Positions 9,089 through 16,681 of a stretch of DNA of 34,648 bases are shown here, piece after piece (position 1 is the first letter of the stretch; each line of letters starts with the position of its first letter). The notes below the pieces were generated by a model. That model had not been told where the DNA came from. It worked only from the letters and a program-made list of their open reading frames with translations, and made no database searches. Source of the DNA: an uncultured Gemmatimonadales bacterium (GTDB lineage: Bacteria; Gemmatimonadota; Gemmatimonadetes; Gemmatimonadales; GWC2-71-9); NCBI GenBank assembly GCA_963771275.1, contig CAVYSW010000004.1, positions 1-34,648 of the forward strand, read 5' to 3'. A program made the translations under genes and the position numbers.

Positions 9089-9591
9089 GAGTGAAAAGTG
9101 AAAAGTGAAGAGTGAAAAGGCGGGGATTCATCACGCTCCGCGATGGTTTGGTTAGTCCGTACCTTGTGGCCGCCCGCAATGTACTGCTCATGTACAAGCT
9201 ACGGTCACTGAAGGTGTGGGGTGCCGCCAGCCGGCTGGCGCGGGAGGCCTATCGGCTCACGCTCACTCGCCCCCTCGACCGGCATTTCTCGCTGGCCGAC
9301 CAGATTCGGCGGGCGGCCATCTCCATCCCGGCGAATCTCGCCGAGGGCTACGGGCTCGGCACGACGCCTCAGCTGCTCCGCTGTACCCGCATCGCACTCG
9401 GCTCGGCCTACGAGCTGCAGATCCACCTCGAGCTCGTGCGCGATCTTGAGCTCGTCGAGACCGGCAAGAGCGCGACGGTAGAGCAACTGGCGGACGAGAC
9501 GATTCGGATGCTGATCGGCATGCTGAAGGGTCTGGGACGCAAGTAGTCACCCCGCTCACCCTTTTCACTTTTCACTTTTCACTTTTCACCC
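9089..9591. mobile_element. Putative intervening element: four-helix-bundle gene bracketed by inverted heptamer arrays
   Basis: GTGAAAA x4 (9091-9118) and TTTTCAC x4 (9562-9589) fill the ZIP|lhgO junction; no transposase or target-site duplication seen, so mobility is inferred only. Confidence 0.5.
9190..9546 (+). CDS. Four helix bundle protein (23S rRNA intervening-sequence protein / Avd-like family)
   Basis: 118 aa: LKVW..A..LA...Y.LT...P....FSLADQIRRAAISIPANLAEGYG...IALGSAYEL...L.L..DL; antisense to the surrounding genes. Confidence 0.93.
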   Translation: MYKLRSLKVWGAASRLAREAYRLTLTRPLDRHFSLADQIRRAAISIPANLAEGYGLGTTPQLLRCTRIALGSAYELQIHLELVRDLELVETGKSATVEQLADETIRMLIGMLKGLGRK

Positions 9592-10308
9592 AATTCCCAC
9601 CGCCTCCACGATCTGCTTCGTCAAGAAGAACGCTCCCGCGCCCAGGAAGAACGCCACCGGCAGTCGCCACCCCCGCTTGCCCTGGAACTCCGGCACCAGG
9701 TTCGACGCCGCGACGTAGATCGTGACGCCCGCCGAGAGGGCAAGGCCGTGCTCGGTGAGCACGCCGACGGTATCGGTGAGCAGCACGCCGAGCACGGTGG
9801 CAAGGCCGAGCAGCGCGGCGCTGCCCACGGCACGGGTCGTCGACGTGCCGCCCGCCACCTGGATGCTCGAGATCGTGACGCCTTCGGGCAGCTTGTGCAG
9901 GAAGATCGCGAGGAACAGCAGCACGCCGAGCTGGTTGCTCACCGCGAACCCGCTGGCGATCGCGACCCCGTCGAAGAACGTGTGGAGCAGGAGCCCGATC
10001 AAGGCCGAGATGCCGGCCGCGTGCGACACCGAATGGGTCTCGACGCCGAAGTGGAAGTGCGGCGTGAGCGTGTGCTGGGTGAGGTGAACGAGCAGATAGC
10101 CGAGCAGGATGAACCCCGCGGCATTTGCCCCGCCAATGGACAGCGCGTGCGGCACCATCTCGGTGAGGCTCACCGCCAGCATGTAGCCCGCCCCGAACGC
10201 CACGAACCCCTCGATCACGGCGAGCCCGAACCGGGCGCTCCGCGCCACGGCGAGCCCGCCCGCGACGTTGGCGGCGGCGGCGATCAGCGCATAGAAGACG
10301 GGCGTCAT
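9586..10308 (-). CDS. ZIP family metal transporter
   Basis: Hydrophobic 240 aa from MTPVFYAL; GLLLHTFFDGVAI, AIFLHKLPEG, His-rich loop, IYVAASNLVPE; ATGA overlap with cca. Confidence 0.92.
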   Translation of the reverse strand: MTPVFYALIAAAANVAGGLAVARSARFGLAVIEGFVAFGAGYMLAVSLTEMVPHALSIGGANAAGFILLGYLLVHLTQHTLTPHFHFGVETHSVSHAAGISALIGLLLHTFFDGVAIASGFAVSNQLGVLLFLAIFLHKLPEGVTISSIQVAGGTSTTRAVGSAALLGLATVLGVLLTDTVGVLTEHGLALSAGVTIYVAASNLVPEFQGKRGWRLPVAFFLGAGAFFLTKQIVEAVGIG

Positions 10309-11604
10309 GGGGCGCTGGGCGGGGTCGCGGGCCCCGGCGGCTCCGACGCGCCCGACGGCCGCGAGGTGCGGCGCGACCGGCGCGCGGCGGGCAGCGGCAG
10401 CTCGGCCGTGATCCGCGTGGCGGCGCGGAGCAGCGCCTCCCGCGTGTTCAGCTCGGGGTGCACCAGCACGAGGTCGAGCAGAGCCTCCAGCACGATCCCG
10501 ATCTCCGGCCCCTCGGTCATCCCGATCGCAAGGACGTCGGTGCCGGTGACCGCGAGATCGCCGATGCTGAGCGGCGCGTGCGAGGCGCGGACCCGGGCGA
10601 CGACGTCCGCCAGCTCGGTCCCCCACCCTTCGGCCTGCGCGATCGCCACCAGGTCGTCCGCCGCCGGCCCGACGTCCACCAGCCACTCGCGCACCGCGAG
10701 ATCGGTCATCACCGTGGGCCAGGCATCACGGCACTCGCCGATCCGCCTGCCCGCGCTCGATCTCGGCGTTGGAGCAGCGGAGACGCGCGAGGGTGGTTGC
10801 GGGATCGGACGACAAGAACGACGTGACGAGAACGGGATCCCGCGGCATGAACCTATCCACCACTGCGAAGTCCCCTTTCACTTTTCTCTTTTCACTTTTC
10901 ACTATCTCCGGGAGCCACGACTCCAGGGCTCCAATCTCAGCCCACAATCGCACCAGCTCCGCCGGGCTCCTTGCGCCCGTCAGTCCCTTGAACCACTCGT
11001 CCCGCACCCGCTCGGCCGACAGGTGCTCGAGGCCGGCGACCTCCGCGCGCGCCGCCTCCCACGTGGCCGGCTCGATCACGAAGTGGAACCGCGCCGCGAA
11101 CCGGAGCGCGCGCACGATCCGCAGATAGTCCTCGCGGAACCGCTGGCGCGGCTCGCCCACCGCCCGGATCACCTTGGCCGCGAGGTCGCGCTCGCCGCCG
11201 AACGGGTCGCGCCACTCGTGGCGTATCGGGTGGTAGGCGATCGCGTTGATCGTGAAGTCGCGCCGGGCCAGGTCGTCCTCGAGCGCCACGCCAAATTGGA
11301 CCTCGGCGTGGCGCCCGTCGGTCCGCACGTCCTTGCGGAACGTGGTCACTTCGTGCGCCGCGCCGGTCTCGTCCATCACCGCCACCGTGCCGTGCTCCAC
11401 GCCGATCGGGATCGTCCGCCGGAACAGCCGCCGCACCACGTCTGGGGTGGCCGCCGTCGCGAGGTCGAAGTCCTTGTTCGGGATGCCGAGCAGGTTGTCC
11501 CGTACCGCGCCCCCGACGCACCACGTCGCGTGGCCGGCTTCCTCGAGTCGACGGGCGATGGCGACGACGGGGGCGGGAATCGGGAGCGAAGGCGGGAAGG
11601 TCAT
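10305..11604 (-). CDS. cca: CCA tRNA nucleotidyltransferase; one frameshift near 10750
   Basis: VGGAVRD, KDFDLAT, EVTTFR, DLARRDFTINA, EDYLRIVRALRF, LSAERVRDEW; C-terminal DLAVTGTDV...GPEIG in ORF 10305..10712. Confidence 0.92.
10875..10903. repeat. Intragenic heptamer array in cca
   Basis: mRNA GTGAAAA GTGAAAA GAGAAAA GTGAAAG, translated VKSEKRKVKG. Confidence 0.9.
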
Positions 11605-11607
11605 GGA

Positions 11608-11753
11608 AGTGAAAAGTGAAAAGTGAAAAGGAGTGAAAAGTGATAAGTGAAAAGTGAAAAGGGAGAACGGGGCCGGCGTTGACGCAGGCCGCGGAGCATG
11701 GAGCACGAATCAGCAGTAATCAGTCTTTTCACTTTTCACTTTTCACTTTTCAC
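11608..11753. repeat. Inverted heptamer array pair at the SDR|cca junction
   Basis: AGTGAAA x3 + x4 (11608-11659) and TTTTCAC x4 (11726-11753); the SDR TGA lies in the outermost unit; the cca ATG follows 3 nt after the array. Confidence 0.95.
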
Positions 11754-12520
11754 CCACATAGCACCGCCCCCCCATTCACGTTCACGATCTCCCCCGTGAT
11801 ATGCCGCCCCAGCTTCGAGCAGAGAAACACGATCGGCCCGGCGATGTCGTCCGCGGTCGCGACGCGGCGGAGCGGGATCCCGGCCTCGATCCGGCGCCGG
11901 CCCTCACCCCCGTCGGCTTGGTAGGGGAGCGCCGCCATCTCGGTGTCCACCCAGCCGGGAGCCACGGAATTGACCGTTACCTCGGGCGCCGCCTCGATGG
12001 CGAGCGATTTCACCAGGGCGATCAGCGCCCCTTTGCTGGCGGCGTAGTCGGCGTGGAACCCCTCGCCGCGCTGGCCCGCCGTGCTGGTCACGATCACGAC
12101 CGACCCGCCGGGCCGGATCACCCGCAGCACCGCGCGGCAGCCGTAGAACACCGAGTCCAGGTTCACCTGCATCGTCTCGCGCCACTGCGCGTCGCTCATC
12201 CGGGCGACTGGAACCTCCTCGGGCACCCAGATCCCGGCATTCGCCACGAAGCAGTCGAGCCCGCCGAAGTCGCGCACGACGTCCGCGACGACCCGTTCGT
12301 TGGATTCGCGCGAAGCCAGGTCGAGCTGGTAGGCCCGGAATCGGCCTCCCCCCGACCCCCTCAGCTCCCCAAGCACCCGCTCCGCATCCGCCTTCCGCGA
12401 CCGGTACGTGAACGCCACATCAGCCCCGGCCTTGGCGAATAGCATGGCCGTCGCGGCGCCGATGCCGCGGGAGCCCCCGGTGATGAGGGCGACTTTCCCG
12501 GAGAGGTCGATCAACGGCAC
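11750..12520 (-). CDS. SDR family NAD(P)-dependent oxidoreductase (FabG-like)
   Basis: TGGSRGIG, VANAGI, YAASK, VNSVAPGWVDT, ITGEIVNVNGG; GAGGAG SD before GTG 12520. Confidence 0.93.
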   Translation of the reverse strand: MPLIDLSGKVALITGGSRGIGAATAMLFAKAGADVAFTYRSRKADAERVLGELRGSGGGRFRAYQLDLASRESNERVVADVVRDFGGLDCFVANAGIWVPEEVPVARMSDAQWRETMQVNLDSVFYGCRAVLRVIRPGGSVVIVTSTAGQRGEGFHADYAASKGALIALVKSLAIEAAPEVTVNSVAPGWVDTEMAALPYQADGGEGRRRIEAGIPLRRVATADDIAGPIVFLCSKLGRHITGEIVNVNGGAVLCG

Positions 12521-12560
12521 GGGTGGTTGCTCTCCTCGCGCAGGGGCAGCTCCGTGAGTG

Positions 12561-12677
12561 AGTGAAAAGTGAAAAGTGAAAAGTGAAAAGAAGCCACTTG
12601 GCAAGCTACAGGGCCACCGGGCTGGCAACGAGAATCGTGCGGAGCGGACTTTTCACTTTTCACTTTTCACTTTTCAC
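12561..12677. repeat. Inverted heptamer array pair at the PHP phosphatase|SDR junction
   Basis: AGTGAAA x4 (12561-12588) and TTTTCAC x4 (12650-12677) abutting the TAG stop. Confidence 0.95.
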
Positions 12678-13459
12678 TAGCTCCACTTCTCGCCCTTCGC
12701 ATGCAGCCACCCACGAACACGCTCGGCGAAGCCGCCTTGGATTCGAGCTTTCGGCACGGGAACCAGCTTCCCGTCGCCAATCACCGCCCGCGGGTTCTCC
12801 ACGGTGAGCCACATGGCGGCGTCGGCGGCACCGTGCCGCTCGAGGAATCGCCGGCCGGTGGCGAGGCTGCGCCGGTCGCCGTGGTTGTCGGCGGCGAGCA
12901 CGTCCGCCAGGCCCGCCCGCAGCAGGCGGCGGGCAAGCTCCCCCCGGCTCGTGGGGCGCGTAATCTCGGTGGCGTCCACCTGGATCGCGGCGCCGACCGT
13001 GCGCCACAGATCCACCGAACGGGCCGAGCACAGGCGGTACCGCTCCGGGTGTGCGACGATCGGGACCAGCCCCTTGGAGCTGATCGCCTGGAGCACGTCG
13101 GCCACCAGGTGCCCCATCACGGACAACGGAAACTCCACAAGGTAGTAGCGCGAGCCGGCCAGCGCGTACCGCCGGTCTCCCAGCGCCTCAGCCGGGAGCG
13201 GCCGGTCCAGCATGATCTCGAAGCCTGGGTGCAACCGGATCCCCGGCGGGGCGGCCGCCTTGAGCTCCGCCAGCCGCTCGTCCCGCACGCGGATGGCGTC
13301 CTCCCCCTTGGTGGCGATCTCGCCCGCCCTGAGGTGCGGCGTCATGACGATGTCGGTGATGCCCGCCTCGGCGAGGGTCGTGAGCACCCCCACCGATTGG
13401 GCGAGGGAGCGCGAGCCGTCGTCCACCCCCGGGAGGAGGTGGGAGTGGAGGTCAATCAC
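12677..13459 (-). CDS. CpsB/CapC/YwqE family PHP protein-tyrosine phosphatase
   Basis: MIDLHSHLLPGVDDGS, VMTPH, YYLVEFP, PIVAHPERY, AADNH. Confidence 0.92.
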   Translation of the reverse strand: MIDLHSHLLPGVDDGSRSLAQSVGVLTTLAEAGITDIVMTPHLRAGEIATKGEDAIRVRDERLAELKAAAPPGIRLHPGFEIMLDRPLPAEALGDRRYALAGSRYYLVEFPLSVMGHLVADVLQAISSKGLVPIVAHPERYRLCSARSVDLWRTVGAAIQVDATEITRPTSRGELARRLLRAGLADVLAADNHGDRRSLATGRRFLERHGAADAAMWLTVENPRAVIGDGKLVPVPKARIQGGFAERVRGWLHAKGEKWS

Positions 13460-13464
13460 GGCGC

Positions 13465-13511
13465 CCCCTCTCCCACTCTGCCCCTCTCCCCCTCACCCCC
13501 TCACCCCTCAC
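13465..13511. repeat. 8-nt-period G-rich tandem repeat (mRNA GTGAGGGG/GAGAGGGG) filling the hyp|PHP junction
   Basis: CCCCTCTC CCACTCTG CCCCTCTC CCCCTCAC CCCCTCAC CCCTCAC on +; upstream TGA stop lies in the first mRNA unit. Confidence 0.8.
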
Positions 13512-13834
13512 CGGATCTCCCCCAGCCGTTGGGGCTCCGTCTCCCCCACCCATTCGCAGGCCAGCGTGATCAGGGCATCGGCGGCGAGCAGGGTGAGGGC
13601 GGTGTCGTGCGTCGGGGGGCCGGCCTTGGCGGCGGCGAGGAGATCTTCCGCGACCGCCCGGAGCTCCTCCTCGAACGGCCGCTGACGCACGCTGCACGCT
13701 GTACGGCTGTTACGCTGCACGGCGTCAGCCTCACGCTGCACGCTACACGCTGCACGCGCGGTTATGATTCGGGCCCGCAACGCCGGCGGGGCTTCCGCCA
13801 GGCGCTCATCGAGCCAGCCCTCGGGGTCCGTCAC
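13508..13834 (-). CDS. Hypothetical protein downstream of alaS, with an internal heptamer-repeat insertion
   Basis: GTGA overlap with the alaS stop; WLDERLAEAPPALRARI...ALTLLAADALITLACE helical protein. Confidence 0.75.
   Translation of the reverse strand: MTDPEGWLDERLAEAPPALRARIITARAACSVQREADAVQRNSRTACSVRQRPFEEELRAVAEDLLAAAKAGPPTHDTALTLLAADALITLACEWVGETEPQRLGEIR
13685..13757. repeat. Intragenic CACGCTG heptamer repeats
   Basis: Two blocks of CACGCTG/CACGCTA-like units; translated RAACSVQRE...TACSVRQ. Confidence 0.8.
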
Positions 13835-16557
13835 GCGCCGGCGCCGAGCGCCGCACGGACGATGTCCGGTATGCGGCGCCGGGTTTCGTCCAGCTTGGTC
13901 GGATCGCCGATCCCGCCCGAGGCGAAGTGCGGGCGCCCCCCGCCGCTCCCCCCGCTGATCGCGGCGATCGCCTTCACCAGGTCTCCGGCGCGAATGCCGC
14001 GCGAGACGAGGTCGTCCGTCACCGCCACGTGGATCCCCGGCCGCTCGCCGCCGGTGAGCAGCACCTTGATCGCCCGCTTCTGCTGCTCGCGGAACGTGTC
14101 CATCAGCATCCCGATCTGCGCCCGGTCCGACACGGGGGATTCGTCCAGCACGAGGGAAACGTCGCCCACGGCCACGGTGCTGCCGTCTGCCCCCTGCCCC
14201 CCTCCCCCTCTACGCAGCAGCTCTTCAATCTGCTTGTCCAGCCGCCGTCGCTCCTCGATCAACGACTCGATCTTCTTCACCAGATGCTCGGGGTTGGCGC
14301 GCAGCAGGTCCGACGCGGCGGCGATCCGCTCGTCGAGCTGCTTCACGAGATCGTAGGCCCCGGGGCCCGTCACCGCCTCGATGCGGCGCACGCCCGCCGC
14401 GACACCCGACTCGTGCGTGAAATGGAACAGCCCGATCTGGCCGGTGCTCCGCACGTGGGTGCCGCCGCACAGCTCGACCGAGAGCCCCGGCATGTCGACC
14501 ACGCGCACCACGTCGCCGTACTTCTCGCCGAACAGCGCCATGGCGCCCTTGGCAAGCGCCTCGCGGTACGGCAGCTCGTAGGTCGCGAGCTCCACGTTGA
14601 GCCAGATGCCGTGGTTCACCTCGGCCTCGATGCGCTTGAGCTCCGCCTCGCCGATTGGGCCGTGATGCGAGAAGTCGAACCGCAGGCGGTCGGGCGCCAC
14701 CACCGAGCCCGCCTGCCGCACGTGGTCGCCCAGCACGTCGCGCAGCGCCGCATGGACCAGGTGGGTGGCGCTGTGGTTCCGCTCGATGTCGCGGCGCCGC
14801 TGCTCGGCCACCGCCGCCTCGACCGGCGTGGGCTCGAAGTCGCCTGCGTAGGGCCCACCCACGATCTGGCGCCCTTCCGCCTTGTGGACGTCGTCGACCT
14901 GGAGCTCCCACCCCTCGCCGCGCACCACCCCGGTGTCGCTCACCTGCCCGCCCGACTCGGCGTAGAACGGATTCTCGTGCAGCACCATCTCCAGCCGGTC
15001 GTCCGCCCGGCGGAACGCCAGGATGTCGGTCTCGGCCGTGGTGGTGTCGTAGCCCACGAACTTCTGGCGCTTGCGCGGGGTCACCCGCACCCATTCTTGC
15101 CCGGTCGCACGCCGAACCCGGTCAACTATCTCCGCCTTCTCTGAGAACCTCGCGGCATCCGCACCCCGAACGTTCCGCGACCGCCGCTGCTGCTCCTCCA
15201 GCGCCAGCTCGAAGCCCGCGACGTCCACCTTCCGCCCGCGCTCGGCGGCGATCAGCTCGGTCAAGTCGAGCGGGAACCCGTACGTGTCGTACAGCTTGAA
15301 CGCGTCGGCGCCGCTCACCGCGCCGCTCGATTCCGTCAGGATCTCTTCCAGGCGCGTGAGCCCGCCCTCGATCGTCTCGAGGAAGCGCTCTTCTTCGATC
15401 CGCGTCACCTTCTCGATCTGCTCGCGCCTGGTCTTGAGCTCGGGGTAGACGTCCTCGAGCCCGTCCACCACCGCCATGGCGAGCGGCGTCAGCGTCGGCT
15501 CGGAGCGCCCCATGAGATACGCGTGGCGCACCGCGCGCCGGAGAATCCGCCGCAGCACGTAGCCGCGGCCGTCGTTGGACGGGTACACACCGTCGGCCAA
15601 CAGGAACGCCACGGCGCGCGCGTGGTCGGCGAGCACGCGGAAGCCGGCACCGAGCGGGCCGGGATCGTAGCGGCGGCCCATCACCTCTTCCGCCCGCCGG
15701 ATGATCGGCATGAACAGGTCGGTGTGGAAGTTCGAGTCCACGCCCTGCATCACTGACGCGATCCGCTCGAGGCCGGCCCCGGTGTCCACCGACGGCGCCG
15801 GGAGCGGCGTCCGCGAGCCATCCTTCGCCTGGTCGAACTGCATGAAGACCAGGTTCCAGATCTCCAGGAGCTGCCCTGATTCCGCCAGCTGGACGAACTG
15901 GGGGAGGGTGGGCGGATGAACGATGGCCGATGGCCGACCGCCGACAGCCGATTGCCGATGGCCGATGGCCGAATCAGGGGGGGGGCTGGGTCGGCTATCG
16001 GCCATCGGCCATCGGCCAACGTCGACATAGATCTCCGAGCACGGCCCACACGGCCCGGTGTCCCCCATCTGCCAGAAGTTGTCCTTGTCGCCCAGGCCGT
16101 AGATCCGGGATTCGGCGATGCCCGTCACCGCGCGCCACAGCTTCCGCGCCTCGTCGTCGGAGTGGTGCACGGTGACGTAGATGCGGTCGGGATGGATGCC
16201 GAGGTACTGCTCCGACGTCACCCACTCCCAGCCGAACGCGATCGCGTCCTTCTTGAAGTAGTCGCCGAACGAGAAGTTGCCCAGCATCTCGAAGAACGTG
16301 TGGTGCCGGGCGGTGTGCCCCACCTGTTCCAGGTCGTTGTGCTTGCCGCCGGCGCGGACGCACTTCTGGACGGTGACGGCGCGGGTGTAGTCGCGGTGCT
16401 CGAGACCCTGGAACACGCGCTTGAACTGCACCATGCCGGCATTGGTGAACAGCAGCGTCGGGTCCCCGTGGGGCACGAGCGACGCCGAGGCCACGGGCCG
16501 GTGGCGGCGCGCGGCGAAGAAGTCGACGAACGACTGGCGGATGGCGGAAGCGTGCAT
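13831..16557 (-). CDS. alaS: Alanine--tRNA ligase
   Basis: DPTLLFTNAGMVQFK, RHHTFFEMLGNFSFGDYFK, GPCGPCSEI, EIWNLVFMQ, NHSATH, ELCGGTHV, GVRRIEAVTG, GGGRP. Confidence 0.99.
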   Translation of the reverse strand: MHASAIRQSFVDFFAARRHRPVASASLVPHGDPTLLFTNAGMVQFKRVFQGLEHRDYTRAVTVQKCVRAGGKHNDLEQVGHTARHHTFFEMLGNFSFGDYFKKDAIAFGWEWVTSEQYLGIHPDRIYVTVHHSDDEARKLWRAVTGIAESRIYGLGDKDNFWQMGDTGPCGPCSEIYVDVGRWPMADSRPSPPPDSAIGHRQSAVGGRPSAIVHPPTLPQFVQLAESGQLLEIWNLVFMQFDQAKDGSRTPLPAPSVDTGAGLERIASVMQGVDSNFHTDLFMPIIRRAEEVMGRRYDPGPLGAGFRVLADHARAVAFLLADGVYPSNDGRGYVLRRILRRAVRHAYLMGRSEPTLTPLAMAVVDGLEDVYPELKTRREQIEKVTRIEEERFLETIEGGLTRLEEILTESSGAVSGADAFKLYDTYGFPLDLTELIAAERGRKVDVAGFELALEEQQRRSRNVRGADAARFSEKAEIVDRVRRATGQEWVRVTPRKRQKFVGYDTTTAETDILAFRRADDRLEMVLHENPFYAESGGQVSDTGVVRGEGWELQVDDVHKAEGRQIVGGPYAGDFEPTPVEAAVAEQRRRDIERNHSATHLVHAALRDVLGDHVRQAGSVVAPDRLRFDFSHHGPIGEAELKRIEAEVNHGIWLNVELATYELPYREALAKGAMALFGEKYGDVVRVVDMPGLSVELCGGTHVRSTGQIGLFHFTHESGVAAGVRRIEAVTGPGAYDLVKQLDERIAAASDLLRANPEHLVKKIESLIEERRRLDKQIEELLRRGGGGQGADGSTVAVGDVSLVLDESPVSDRAQIGMLMDTFREQQKRAIKVLLTGGERPGIHVAVTDDLVSRGIRAGDLVKAIAAISGGSGGGRPHFASGGIGDPTKLDETRRRIPDIVRAALGAGA
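15919..16020. repeat. In-frame palindromic GCCGATG heptamer insertion in alaS
   Basis: About 8 GCCGA(TG) units (15919-15974), G9-containing loop, 4 (CA)TCGGC units (15991-16016); translated GRWPMADSRPSPPPDSAIGHRQSAVGGRPSAIV. Confidence 0.92.
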
Positions 16558-16587
16558 AGAGGAGGAACTTAACTAGCACCGGGAGAA

Positions 16588-16672
16588 AGTGAAAAGTGAA
16601 AAGTGAAAGGTGAAAAGGGAACCCGAGACCGGGGGGGGGACCACTTTTCACGTTTCACTTTTCACTTTTCAC
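16588..16672. repeat. Inverted heptamer array pair at the wecB|alaS junction
   Basis: AGTGAAA-type x4 (16588-16615), spacer with G9, TTTTCAC-type x4 (16645-16672). Confidence 0.95.
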
Positions 16673-16681
16673 TCAGCCCCA

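Noticed and set aside
9190..9546. Diversity-generating retroelement (Avd) or rRNA intervening sequence
   Set aside because: No reverse transcriptase, TR/VR pair or rRNA sequence in the window.
12590..12650. sigma54 or sigma70 promoter inside the PHP|SDR spacer (TGGCCC...TTGC; TTGCCA...TAGCTT)
   Set aside because: Spacing is wrong (GG-N11-GC; 14 nt between -35 and -10).
7082..16672. GTGAAAA arrays as a CRISPR array
   Set aside because: Units are 7 nt, tandem without spacers, arranged as inverted pairs; no cas genes.
7082..16672. Heptamer arrays as assembly or homopolymer artefacts
   Set aside because: Consistent inverted pairing, boundary placement and stop-avoiding substitutions in coding copies argue they are biological.
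7821..16672. Array pairs as ordinary intrinsic terminators
   Set aside because: AU-rich stems, loops up to 440 nt, no U-tract after the stem, and they occur inside CDSs and flush against start codons.
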